DNA of 64,000 bases, taken from NCBI RefSeq assembly GCF_006345805.1, contig NC_042998.1, positions 177,630,001 to 177,694,000 of the forward strand, read 5' to 3'. Every line of letters begins with the position of its first letter. Position 1 is the first letter of the stretch. A program made the position numbers and the translations under genes. The stretch is from Octopus sinensis. Lineage: Eukaryota. Shown here piece after piece: positions 24,757 to 37,815 of the stretch. Below the pieces are notes generated by a model that saw only the letters and a list, made by a program, of their open reading frames with translations, ran no database searches and was not told where the DNA came from.

Positions 24757-25570
24757 ATCATCATCATTTAACGTCCGCTGTCCATGCGGGCTGGCAAGCT
24801 GGAAGGCTGTACCAGACTTCAGCCCGATTTGGCATGGTTTCTATGGTTGGATGTCTTTCCTAACACCAACTACTCTGAGTGTGTAATGGATGTAAAATGT
24901 GCCACTGGCATGAGTGCCATTTGCGTGACACCGGTATCTGCCATGATTGCGATTTTGCGCAGCTTGATGGGTCTTCTTCTCAAGCACGACATAATGCCAA
25001 AGGTCTCAGTCATTGCCTCTGTGAGGCTCAAAGTACAAAGATCATGCTTCACCACCTCATCCCATATCTCCCTGGGTCTACCACTACCTCAGTTCCCACC
25101 ACAGTTAGAGATCAGGACTTCTTTACACAGCAGTCTTTGTCCATATGTATCACATGACCATACCAGTGCAGTTGTCTCTTTTGCACACCACATCAGATGC
25201 CCCTTATGCCTAATTTTTCTCACAAGATGCTTACACTCTGTCGAACATGCATACTGACACTGCACATCCAGCAAACCACACTGGCTTCATTTCTTTCAAG
25301 CCTAAGCATGTCCTCGGCTGTCACAGCCTGTGTTTCATTGTCATGCACCATAGCTGTTCACACACAGGCATCATACAATCTGCCTTTCACTCTGAGGGAT
25401 AGGCCCTTTGTTGTCAACAGAGGTAGGAGCTCTCTGAACTTTGCCCAACCTAATCTTATTCTCACAGCTACGCTCTCAGAGCATCCACCACCGCTACTAA
25501 CTTGGTCACCTAGATAACAGTAACTATATAGAGAGACAGAGAGGGAACCATGTAAAATTCTAGTCAAGAG
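24757..25570 (-). mobile_element. 5'-truncated RTE LINE (RT C-terminus, 3' UTR and GAT-repeat tail)
   Basis: ORF 25358..25567 reads YLGDQVSSGGGCSESVAVRIRLGWAKFRELLPLLTTKGLSLRVKGRLYDACV. The 3' end reads GGACGTTAAATGATGATGA on the minus strand. Confidence 0.88.
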
Positions 25571-27859
25571 AAATCATAAACATCAATACAGTTAATTTAT
25601 ACAACCATCTTCCAATTCCGAGTAGATTTCAAAACTATGAGCGAGATTTGACAGATCCATTGCCAATGTGACACAGCACCAAGATGTTCAGGTAGCTACC
25701 TGGATAACCTATGGTTGCTTTATCAGAGATGAACTGAGAGTTACACAGCAACATTTGAAATACCACTAATAAAATGAGTGTGAGTGTGTGTAAATATGTA
25801 TGTATTGTTGCAAACATGTTGCTTTAATTCCAGTCCCACCTTGGGCAAATGTCCTCTAAAATAGCCTTGGGCCAACCAAAGATTTTTGAGTGGATTTGAC
25901 AGATGGAACCTGAAAGAAGTTCATCATGTGTGTGCAGATGTATGTGCATGTTTGTTCTTTATGCTGGAATTGTGCACAAACTGTAAATAAGCATTGCCAG
26001 GCATGTTTTCCTTGAACACACACCTGGGTGATATTATCTTGTTTGGAAACATGAGAGTTGGTAACAAGTAGGCCATAGTATCTTGCCATAGCAGAGGTAC
26101 AAGGTGAGAGAGAGAGGGTTAGAGAGAGACCAGGAATGAAGACAGAAACAGGTGCAACGTGAGGAAAGTGCAGGAGAAGGAGAGAGAGAGAGAGAGAGAG
26201 AGAGTAGGAGACAGCAAGATAGAGATGATGGCTAAGTGCCGGGCATATTCACAAGGGATAGGGATCAGAATATAAATGGGATGGTTGAGTAAAGGAGGAG
26301 AGAGATATAGATGGTGGCAAGTGCTTGGGCATACCCTTGAGGTTTGAACGCCATATCATAAGTGGTAGGATACTGCGAAGGAAGAATGATTAAAGAGTGC
26401 AGAGGGGAGGTGGCAAAAACCTGGGTATATATAGAGTGGGGGGGGGGGAAGTACTGGATAACAATAATACAGAGGAACAGGGCTGTGAGGACAGGATTGG
26501 GGAGTGAGAGCTAGGCATAATGTATGACAGGAGGAAATGTGAAGAAGAGAAGATATATATATTGGTTTGTTGGGATAAGGTGTGTAAAAAGTTTTCTTGT
26601 TAAGTGTGGGTGGAGCACATGTATGTGTATATGTGTGTGTATGTATATATATATATATATTGCTTTTATTATGCCATTTGCATGTGAAGTAGAGTTATGA
26701 CACATAATCAGTAAACTTTTTCAATTCTTACAAATGCCCTTTGTACATGCATATAAGTAATGAAAAAATGCCTCTTTTACTCTCATAATCTAAGCCTTTG
26801 TATTTAAAAATATAAATATATATAACACTAATATCTATAGCTTAGTACCTGTGATAGTGTTTTTTGTGCAATAAAAGTTTCTATAAATTCCCAAGGAAAT
26901 ATATTAGAAAGATAACAAACTACAAATTGTGTAAATTACAATTCTCATTAATATATTTAACTTCAATATTTACTACTAAATACTAATACTAATGCTTCAG
27001 CTATCAGTTGGCTCTTTATAACAGGTTGTTTATAGTATCTGTCTTAATGCCAACTATTTAGCAGTGTTTAGAAATCAAAGTGAATAGCTGGGAATATTAG
27101 CGATTGAAGTAAATAATAAAGGTAATTCTCAAATATAAATTCATTTATTAATGAGGGAAGAAAACAATATAGATTATTTATAGTTTTAATAGTTATCCCT
27201 TGAGACAAACAACGAATGATAAATAAGTAAATGGAAACACTAACCTGATGCAACATTCATATACAAGGATATGTAGAGGCCGGTGCATGAAGGTAGTATT
27301 TCAGAAGTTTTTGTAAATTTATAATACCTTTAAGTAATCCACATATTTCTGACAGAAGGTAAAATGCTTTCCACTCTCAGCTAGTGTATGTCATTCATCT
27401 CACTAAACATACTGAATAGCATTAGTGAAAGATGCTCAAATGTTTCTGCACTTTTCAGTTTGTTATTCCAGTTTTGTAAAAGTTGATGGACAACTGGACA
27501 GGTAAATCAATATTAGTAGTGTTGCAGTAATCAGCAGCTAAGTTCTATTGCAGAGGGACTGCTACACACAAAACATAGTTATTCATAACATATAGTGAGT
27601 AGGAGGTTCATATCTTGAATTATCAGAACAACTCCAGATCCAATATTTTTCATGTTATAAATAATCCACAGATTTATTTGTAAATAATTGTTAGGTACAC
27701 TATTAAAATTTTTGCACTAATTATGGAAGAATAAGTTTATTATTAGCAACTATAAGTAATAAATCCTTTGAGTAATCAATATGATAGACACTCAGTTTTT
27801 ACAAGAAGTTACAATGTTATTTGCAAAGAATTAAAACATATACTAGAATACTGGACATT

Positions 27860-28950
27860 TTGGGACCATACAGTTTTCTAGTTTTTATTTAATTTTTACT
27901 AAATGTTATATATACCAAAGACGTCACATTTTCTCAGCATTGAAAACTTTGGCAAAAGCATTGTTGGTGTCCTTAACATCAGTAAAGTTTTTAAAGATCA
28001 TGTCTAGTATGAGAACCTTTATAGTTAAGTGTGTGTTCCTTCTGCTCCTAACCTCATGGTTTGATACTTTTCTGAAATCAAAAGTTTCCTGTCAAACCAC
28101 TCAAATTTAATGAGCACTGATGGTCCTCCCTTCCATCAACACTGATACACTTCATGATTCAAGGCACCACCCACTCTTCATTCTATGCATTACTTACCTA
28201 CTTGCTATTATCTATAACTCCAAGACTTTCCTCTGTAAATATTTCTCCTTATGGTTCCTTATATCATCACATAATGTAGATATCTCACTTCATGCATGCA
28301 CTGCTTCCACAAATAGAGAGCTCAAACATATCCTCCAATGGAAATATGACCCCTAATCTCTTCAACAACATACAAGCAATTTCTATAAATATCAAGGAAA
28401 CAGTCTTGCACTACACCTCCCTGAACACAAACCAGAAGCTCTGAAAGTTGCTACATGTATTTATTAAGTCTCACTAGCTGATGATTTTTCGTGATGACCT
28501 CACATAACAATGCCAAATCTGCACCTCAAAGATTAGGTTCCTTTTTTACAGAAATACACACACACACACACACATTAACTGACTTTCTACAAAATTGTGC
28601 CCTGTTAACATATTCCAAACTTCATTTGGCTAATTTGCAAAGATTCATTTGCCAACATGCTATTTCTTTTCTCTACTCTTCCTCCCATTTCTTCAAGTTC
28701 CTCTGTACTAATAAACTGCATACCTACTTCACAATAACCAACTCAAAGCATTTGTCTCTTCTCATCATCATCCCTACTTCCTTATCTCCAAAGCTTGCAA
28801 ACATTCTCCATCTTGTAGCTCCTGCATACAACTGAATCCCTCTGAAATAACTTTTCTGCCAATATTTTCCTTACATCAATTATATAGATTTCTTCAATCT
28901 GCAAGGACCTACACAGTTTAGTAAGTGTGAAATCTATCTAAACTCATTAA
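27860..28950 (+). mobile_element. Highly degenerate non-LTR RT remnant (CR1/L2/Jockey-like)
   Basis: LNISKVF near 27970 resembles DISKAFD, followed by an SFLS..HS..DG-like segment and an ADD-like codon run near 28477. The similarity is weak. Confidence 0.35.
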
Positions 28951-31519
28951 GCTATGCTTTATCATTCTCTTTCAAATTTAATATATTTCAAATGATTGAA
29001 ACAATCCTTTGTAATCATCTTTGAGGCTCTCTCATTTCCATTCTGAAAACTAGATTTGCCAATGACCTACTTTCTGTTATTGCAATGTTAAGACAAATGA
29101 GATAGGCCACTTTATTTCAGTTAGTCCTTTTGGCCAGTTTGAGGTTTACAACATCACTAAATTTATAAAATCATAGGGTAGATGAAAAATTGAAAGAGTG
29201 TAAAATGAAGTGAATTAAATCAAAACAATTCTTTAGAAATTGATTCCATGACTGTTATGACCATGATGTGACATTTTGTTACAGTTTACCTTGTAACCTG
29301 AACTTGTCCATTTTTGCCTTCAACAACATTTTTGTATTTTTGATAATGATTTCTAAAGGAAAATAATAACCAAATGCAATGATCAGAATAACTAATAGAC
29401 ATAGTATCTTGGTATCTATAATTGTACAAACAAATTTTCTAATATCAACAAGCTGTATCCATACCAATCATTTGATATTTGATAACAGTTAAAAGCCATA
29501 TGTTAACATAAAATTGCTGAACTGATTTTGTAGTACTAATTTTTCTATGGAATATTTTTTGAAGGAAAGCCTTTTAAGAGCAGACACTGAGCTAGCTTCA
29601 ATATGACCCTTAACATCTACATAATTTATAATCTAACACTTCCCTCTCAAGCACTTGAAAACTATTCCAACAACTGTAACTCAATACAACAGCTGTAACT
29701 AATTAGAAGATATTACATGAAGTAACAATTTCATAACTTATTTTTTATATTTTGCCAAATGAAATATATCCAGAAACAATATTTGTAAGCATTAGTTTAA
29801 GTAGTACCATTAAATGTTTCGTGGATTTTTTGCAGAAATAAGAATAACCAACACTCAAATAACACCAGCAAATGCTCATACGGAACAAGGAACAGAAATA
29901 GAAATTTCATGGTGCCTGAAACAGCAAGCTATTAGTAAGGTTTAACTGACCAATATGGAAAATATAGAGGTGTAGCCATACAAAAACATGACAATGGTAT
30001 AGGATAATCTTCTACATCTATATACTAACTAGATTTAAAAGAAACTGAAGAAAGCATGCAGAAAACAGGTGACTATAGAGTTTAACTCTTTTGTTGTGAT
30101 GTTTCTATTGAAATACTCTTTGTTGCAATTAATTTTGAAAGTAACAGAATTTCAGTAAAATAACTGTTATTAATAAACTGGTGCTTAGAACATAAATTGA
30201 TATGAAATTTTGATAGAAAGTTTTAATTTAGATCACCTAAAAACAGTGATTCACAGAGCCAAGGATATCAAAAGGGTTATATTTTATTTTTCAGAAAGAA
30301 CCAAAAGTTTTTCCAATATCAAATTATGAAGTTTTAGAAAGCAAAAGATTTTAAAATGTCCAAATATATTAGGATATGACTGAGAAAAAGTATGTTGAAA
30401 TGATATATATGAGACTTACAGCCAGTGATAATGAGAATTAAATGTTTAGAAATTTCACAATGTGAGGCTCTTATAATAAAGTGTGGACTGTGGGTATGAC
30501 AGGAAAGTAAAACCAATAGAAGAGCAAGCTGTATAGTTTTATGTAAATCTATTGAAGACATTGATTTATGGGAAGCTACAATACCTTCCAAGGTAATTGC
30601 TATGAATATCAGAATGTATTAAGCAACAAAGTCTTAGCATGAAAATGTTATGCTTTGTCATAAAGTTGGTAGAATAATAGCATAGAGAGAGGACAAATTT
30701 AAGTAAGATACATAAAAATAAATTAAGATGTAAGATGTAAAATATAATTATAATTTATCCTCAACATCATCATTTTACATCTACTTTCTATGCAGGCATA
30801 GGTTTAATAGGATGTCATGGCTGCTGTCATTTTGCACACACACACAGCAACAGAGAAAACCAAGAAATTTTGGTATCATGTTAGTCTTATGTACATTTTA
30901 ACATGCCCCATGGTACTTAAAAGGTTGTCTCATGTGAGGAAAAATAAAGAGTCCCCTCTCAGAGTTTACTGCCTTCCTGCTATATGGTTTACAGAATCCA
31001 CATTTTATGTTCTAGTTATAGCAGAGCTTTTACAGCTAGATGCTCTTCCTACCACCAACCACTTTACCGAGTCTACTGGGTGCATCTTATCACACACTAA
31101 CACCAAAGATGCGAAGACTAAAGACAGCCTTTTTGCTTTTATCAGTTACCATTTGGAATTATTGTGTGACAGAAACCTAGACAGGCAACAGGTAATGCAG
31201 CTTGTGGAATTTACATCTTGATCATATTCCATTGATACAGATAAGGGGAAAGGCTTAGCTTCTAAACAGGAGCACATGATGGCAATCTGATGCAGCTTGG
31301 TATAAAAATTAAAAAAGCATGAAATAGTGAAATTGTCAAAGAAAACCACAGAATGAAATAAATTCTTGTAGTCATTAATAAATATACACAATAATGATTC
31401 GACAATATAATAGTCACTTTTCAGCTTCTCATGATTTAGTATTTAGTAAAAACAAAAAAAGCCTTTACAATATTCATATTTATTAGATATCAAACCAGGT
31501 ATCACCATCATTTATTACT

Positions 31520-32900
31520 TGGTCTACTAACTGTATGATACCTTATCAGCTGATTCCGGCATCTACACCACCCAGATAGCTGTTCTAACTTAAGTTTACA
31601 AATATTATCATCTACATAGTTGAGCAACAATGAACAGAAAGCCAATTTCTTTTTTACAGGTAGATTATTTCACCCATTCATTTTAATTCTGCCTTTTTCA
31701 TAATATCAAATGGCTGATGCTCCTCTCAATCAATCAATGTATATTTCTACAGCATCTTTAGCCAGAAGTGTGACCAAACTGAAATATTGGTCCAAAAATA
31801 ATATACAGCTTTAGTTATGGAATGGGAGTGGTAATTTCCAGCTCACATTTTACTTTAGGTTATGCACAACTGTCTTTTTTCACCAATTAAAATTACAGTA
31901 GTATCCAGGGTTCACATCACAAATGATCCATGCATATTTTGTAGGTTTGTCTGGCTATAGTTTGCTTTCATCAAGAAACGGTCTTCGCCCTGGTTGGTAA
32001 CTGTACTTAAATGTCCTTTGCATACTATCCAGGAAGTGTCTTATTCTAAATAATGAATTAATTTTTTCTGGAGGGTATATCAGCCAAAACGTTGTGTTAG
32101 CAACAAATGAGATGAGGACAAATATCGGTCAAATGTAAATAATGTTAGATTTCTTATTCACATAATTGTGTGCTGCTGATGTCTCATAAGTTGCTTTAGA
32201 GTTCACATGTATTCCAATGAAGTTTCCCAATGCTCATTAATATGTTTATAGCAAAATATGACTAAATTTCATACAAGTATGTACGAGACCATAATCTACT
32301 TTGCTTTTTCCTTTGTTTATGTCCTGCATATCAATTTGTTTCTGTAGTTATCATCTGGAACACTTCTAATAGATACAAGTAAAAAGAAACATTGAGTCAT
32401 TGGGAAGTCTGCGATTGGATCCACCTATACAACTGGAACTGTTCAGAATGTTTACAAGAAACTTTCTGGAAGACCGCAGCCATTGATATACACCACAAAC
32501 TATAAAAGGGTACTAGGAATGTATTATCAGAGTTCCAGAAAATTTGTCCAACAAGCCAGTCATGCAACAGGAATTGAAAATCAAGTGTCATTTACATTTT
32601 GAAATGCTGTCATTGAAAAAGATTCATTCGGAGAGTAGATCATGCTCACAATGAAGGAGACCCAGATGGAAGAGCAGAGTTTTGTCAGCAGTACTTGGCA
32701 AGATGTGTAATAGATGTACACTTTCCAACAAAGCTTGAAGTGATGAGGCAACATTTAAATTAACTGGCTTAATGAATTACTTCAATTGCACCCATTGGGG
32801 ACCTGAGAAGCCAAACTATACAGAAGAATATCGTGTTAATTTACCAGGAGTTATAGCAGAGCAGAGCTTATCATCAAAAGGATTACTTGGATCACTTTTT
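31520..32900 (-). mobile_element. Degenerate piggyBac-like transposase remnant
   Basis: The minus strand gives, in the expected order, IFWNSDNTFLVPFYS (about 32500), PDKPTKYAWIICDVNPGYYCNF (31870-31953) and YLGGVDA-NQLIRYH (31531-31577). These resemble piggyBac YWS..PFF, PxKYGIK.W..CD..GY..NF and YMGGVD..DQL..Y motifs. Confidence 0.6.
32068..32145 (+). mobile_element. Truncated 3' tail of the HHR-bearing family 3 element, inserted in the piggyBac remnant
   Basis: CTGGAGGGTATATCAGCCAAAACGTTGTGTTAGCAACAAATGAGATGAGGACAAATATC..TGTAAATAATGT matches the tails at 20790-20870, 56105-56187 and 62275-62350. Confidence 0.75.
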
Positions 32901-33124
32901 TTTTTACTGTGTTGTGACTGATCCCACTTAATTGAATTGCTGTGACAATGGGTCATGTTAAACATTCAAGAGAGCTTTGAAGACATACTTTTATTCCCAG
33001 TGAGATGGGGCACCCAGCACTACCATTGTAATGTAATTTTAATAAATAGTAGCTTTATAATCACTCAATAAGTGTATACATTTTTGGAAGTCTCATCCCG
33101 TGTGTGTGCTCACATGTGTGAGTG

Positions 33125-33165
<41 letters not shown>

Positions 33166-34930
33166 CATCATCATCATTTAACATCCGTTTTCCATGCTGG
33201 CATGGGTTGGACGGTTCGACTGGGAAGCCAGGAGGCTGCACCAGGCCCCAATCTGATCTGGTAGTATTTCTAAAGTTGGATGCCCTTCCTAACACCAACC
33301 ATTCCAAGAGTGTAGCGGGTGCCTTTTACGTGCCACCGGCATAGGAGCTGGCATCGACCACGATCGGATGGTACTTTTTACGTGCCAGCATAATATAGGG
33401 GTTTATCTTTGGCTAGGTATTTCTCCTGCAGTTGTCATGCCAGGAATATAGCATCAGTGGTACTTCTACCTGGCACAAAAGCGAACTGCATCTCATCTAA
33501 GCAAATTCTTTCCCTAATGACCTTCATCTCCATGACCTTCATCACGTGATCCTGCAGTTTCATACCCCTGTAGTTATTTCTATCTAAAGCATCATCTTTA
33601 TCTTTGAAGCAGTTGACTATGGTTTTGCTATGCCAGTTATTGGGTATGACTCCCTCATGAACTACTTGGTTTACAATATAGGTGACTAGGCCATAGCCCA
33701 CACCACCAGATGTTTTAAGCATCTCAGCGGTGATTCCTGATGGGCTAGGGGCTTTTCCTGGCTTCATACCCTTAATTGCTTTATCGACCAGGATGCTGTC
33801 TATTTGGATAGCATCTCCTCCCATTCATTCTCCATGTTCAGCAGTCTTTCATACTGGCTTCTCCAAGCTTCTTTCTTTTCCGAATCATTAAAAGCAAGTA
33901 CACCATCATCCATGCAGACACATCTCTTTCCTGTGACATCACTATTTTCTCTCACACACTGTCTTGCAATCCAAAATACCTCAGTTCTTTGGTCCTAATG
34001 TTGCTGGACATTGGCAAACTTCTTTTCTGCTTTACCCTTGGCTATGTATACCTGTTGCCCAGCCTCCCTTTCAGCTATCTGGTATGGTTCCCTACTACAC
34101 CCACCCTTTCAGGCTTTCCAGGCCTGTTTCTTTGCTCTAATGGCTTTGCCTACCATATTATTCCACCACCACGTTACTCTAGGTCTGGAAGGGACTTTGC
34201 ATCATCCGCAGACTTGGTCTGTAGCACTCAGTAAGCTGTCCTGTAAGAATTTCCAGCTACCTTCTATGTCTGAGGACTGTAGCTCCTCCTCCCTCACATC
34301 AAATTTCTTGTCCCTAAATCTCGGATCATCTGAAGGGTTCTTTAGCTTCCAAATCCTTCTCTTCTTGATTGGTCTGCTTCCTGGCATCCTTCTGGTCTCA
34401 AGTCGAAAGTCACTAATGACTAGTCTATGCTAGTGGGTGCATTCCTCACCTGGGAGAGTCTTTGTATTTAAGAGCAACCTAGCGTCCCGCTGTCTGGTGA
34501 GGATGAAGTCAATCTGGCTAGCAGTGTCACCTGATTGATAGGTTATCAGGTGGCTGTCTGGCTTCTTGAACTTTGAGTTGCAGATTAAAAAGTTACATGC
34601 ATCACAGAACTCTGGTAGCCTAGTTCCCTCATCATTCTGGGAGCCAATACCATGGCCCCCGTTTACACCAGTGGGGATACTGGATTTCCGCCCAACATAC
34701 CCATTAAAATCTCCAGTTGCGAAGATGAGGTCATTGCCACTCATCTTCATCTTTGAGGTAGCCTGTAGAAGGGCATCATAAAAATGGTCCTTCTGATCAT
34801 TTGGTAGCTCCGATTGTGGGGTGTAAGCAGAGATAATTGTAGCTGTACTGTTCTGCAGGACTAGCCTGAGCTTAAGCATTCTATCGCAGACTCTGACAAC
34901 CTCTATGACCTTATCCACCGATTTCTCCAC
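33166..34930 (-). mobile_element. RTE LINE with APE endonuclease and RT N-terminal coding region, internally deleted and joined to its 3' UTR
   Basis: ORF 34430..34930 is an APE domain (IISAYTPQ, GDFNGYVG, SQIDFIL). ORFs 34202..34387 and 33435..33824 continue it (KPGKAPSPSGITAEMLK, QFAFVPGRSTTDAIF). Coding stops at QEKYLAKDKPLY and jumps to the 3' UTR near 33390; GAT tail at 33166-33178. Confidence 0.92.
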
Positions 34931-35879
34931 AATATATAATATTCATTGTCATCATTTACATGTTTGCTTTTTCCATGTTGACTTGAGTTGGGTGAAACTT
35001 ATTGGAGTAGTTTTTCTGTAGCCAGACAGCTTTCTTATTGCCAACCCTTACTTGTTTTCCAATACAGTTTCCACCAACCAGTTTTCACTCACAAGGCTAT
35101 AATGGAAGACTGGCTCAATGTGCCTTGTAGTAAGCTCAAACTTGAAACCATTTACTTGCAAAGCAAACTTCACAAACACACACCCATGCCTGCACCCACC
35201 CCTACTTCCCTACATATAGTCATCATTGTAATCATGAGTCAAATAAGATTTATTGAGAGAGATCTCCTATGACAAGATGCCTGTTTCAAGCAAGGTAATA
35301 TTTACTCCTAGTCCAGATATGCTTTAAGGAAAACTACAAACAAATGTCATTGGCTGTATGATGGTGAGCAATGTCAAAACACACACACAAAGCTTCTTAA
35401 TTTCCAAACACCAAATGCACTCATGAGATTTTGGTCAACCTGGGGGTACAAAAGACTGAATTATTCAATTGTAGTTCGAATAATACCAGTAGTTTGGCCA
35501 TTTTTGTAAAACTAAGCACAAATTACGTTTTCATGAAACTAATGGTTATTGTACTATCAATACTGAAGGATTAAAAGAAATTATTCATACATCAATATGG
35601 TGTTGATTTGCACACTCTAGTTCATTACTACTACTACACAGACACACACATTTTAATATCTACTTTTCCATGCTTGCATGGGTCAGACAAGAGTTTTTTG
35701 TGGCTGGATGTCCTTCCTGATGCCAACATCATTGTGTGTGTGTGTGTGTGTGTGTGAGGGAGAGAGAGAGAAAGAGAAAGAAAGAGCTATCAACTATCTA
35801 TATCTTTCCTTTTGTTTGGTTGCTAACCTAAATATGTCCTTTTATAGATCCATGCCAGAAAGCTGAGCATGGAAGACCC

Positions 35880-36345
35880 TTAGGAAGAATTTAATAGAAA
35901 TGTTACTGCTATTGACAGTAAATGTTTTTAGTCTGTTTCAAAGTTAGGATATATGAAAAGTGTGCAATATGTGTAATGTTGCAGATCAATGAAACATGGG
36001 CTAGAAGACAAAGAATCTAATGTAACTATGAGGAATAAAGTGAGTATGGTCAGATATGCACTTTTTACTCTTGATGAAGGTTGAGTACCAAAGAGCAGAG
36101 AAAGGGACTAAGTATCAAAGACATTGATAGACACATGTTGAAGTGGACATTTCATCAACAAGATAGTAATTAGTTTACTGAGTGAGTGTTGAAAATCATT
36201 TGTGATAGAGGCAAACTAAAGAATGAATGGAACTGGAATGAGAATTGGACCTTGCAAACAATGTGAAAGAACTTGTGTGAGAAGGGCAGTATTGTAGATT
36301 CATCAGCCTATGCCAGCATGAAAAAAAAATGTTAAAAATGATAAT
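35880..36345 (+). mobile_element. Degenerate RTE LINE 3' fragment
   Basis: Similar to the RT C-terminal and 3' UTR sequence at 12300-12640 and 45500-45790; ends in a GAT-like tail. Confidence 0.55.
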
Positions 36346-37572
36346 GGTGATGGCACTAATTTTGTAAGCATTAGAGAATACTTTTGATGATATTTCATAT
36401 ATAAAACATCAACAATAATATCCATCCGTTTTTCAGTAAAAGAGGAAAACTAAAATGAAAAAAAAAAAAAAATGATGATGAACAGAATATGGTATACTTG
36501 AGTATTAATGAATATGCGATGGCTGAAAACTGTAAAGTAGGGTATTATGAAGAAAAGAAACAAATCAAACAACTCGATGCAAAACAAAAATAGTAACATG
36601 TCATAATTAACATTTCAATATATATTCTATACCAAGTCTATTATAATTAAAGCATGATTTAAATGAGACATGAAATTAACAAAAAAATTTAAAAAATGGA
36701 ATATATTTATATTTTCGAAAAAGTGTAAATGATGTAGATTTCATGTCAACTCACATAACACATTTTAAACAGAATACAGACATACAACACAGTTCTGCTA
36801 CAATTTACATTAAAAAAAAATATTAAAAAAACTGTATCATAAGGCAATTTGGAAAACATTTAAAGCTTACAGAATGTACACCACAAAGCCTATAAATATT
36901 ACCAGAAATGGTGATGTGGTTTTCAACAAGAGGACTATATGGAATCAGTTCAGAATTAATGTTAGAATGATGATTGAAACAGAGTAATTTAGATTAGTTC
37001 ATCTAGGAATCATAAATGAATGTGATAGGGAGAAAGGGAGAGATAAAGCATGTTGTTACGAAGGAAGAATTTTAGTGAATGAAAAAATGGATAGAGTTCA
37101 AATGAGACTAAGTGCAAATATCAGATTTAGTAAGGAAGTGTTCAGGACAAATGAATAAAAATTTCAATGAGAGAGAGAGAGAGTGTGTGTGTGTGTGTGT
37201 GTGTGAGAAAGTGTATTTGTAATAAGATAAAGAAAGTAAGAGTATGTAATAGTAGGACAGAGAATCTGAATGAGATGCACAAAGAGATAAAAGTATGTGA
37301 GAAAAGAGTTTAAGTAAATGAAAAAGCAAATTTGAGTGTAAGTGTGAGTGGAGTTTAGAAAGCAGCATTTGAGGATTCTTATTGTGTTTTCTAAAGACCT
37401 AACAGAGCTATGGGGTTCCTAGATGCCTATGATGACTAAAATCTTCAGTTGGCTTATAAACGTTACGAGTATACACACTATAGTTCTGTCAGTAGCAGTA
37501 GTACCAAAAATATATGTATATATACATATATATATAAATATATACAGCATATCTCTCAGTAGATGTACTTAC

Positions 37573-37815
37573 AATGGCGAGTATTCTGCATAACATCAGC
37601 AAGGGCATGTCGTGCTGTATTACCAGGGATACTGATGTTAGCATATGCAACACTGTATGGCCGATCAGTTCCTTTGTGAACTGGGGAAGCACCAGCATCA
37701 GTATACGAAGAGGAACTGGTACCACTGTCTCTTCCTCTGTTACCACGAGCAAAGTCGTTTTGGGAATTCTCTTCATCAAACACACTGTCATCATCATCAT
37801 CAGTTGATGAATCAA
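37573..37815 (-). CDS. DIP2: DIP2 homolog, coding exon B (243 nt, phase 1/1): (V)DSSTDDDDDSVFDEENSQ...RHALADVMQNTRH
   Basis: Acceptor ttgttttattgtag and donor GTAAGT. Open frame (inside ORF 37556..37933) with phases compatible with both neighbours. The acidic Ser/Asp-rich start resembles the recalled DIP2 DTSSGSEDE region. Confidence 0.85.

Noticed and set aside
26438-26449. Poly-G runs (also 48556-48569) as possible G-quadruplexes
   Set aside because: Simple homopolymers inside repeat-derived DNA with no supporting context.
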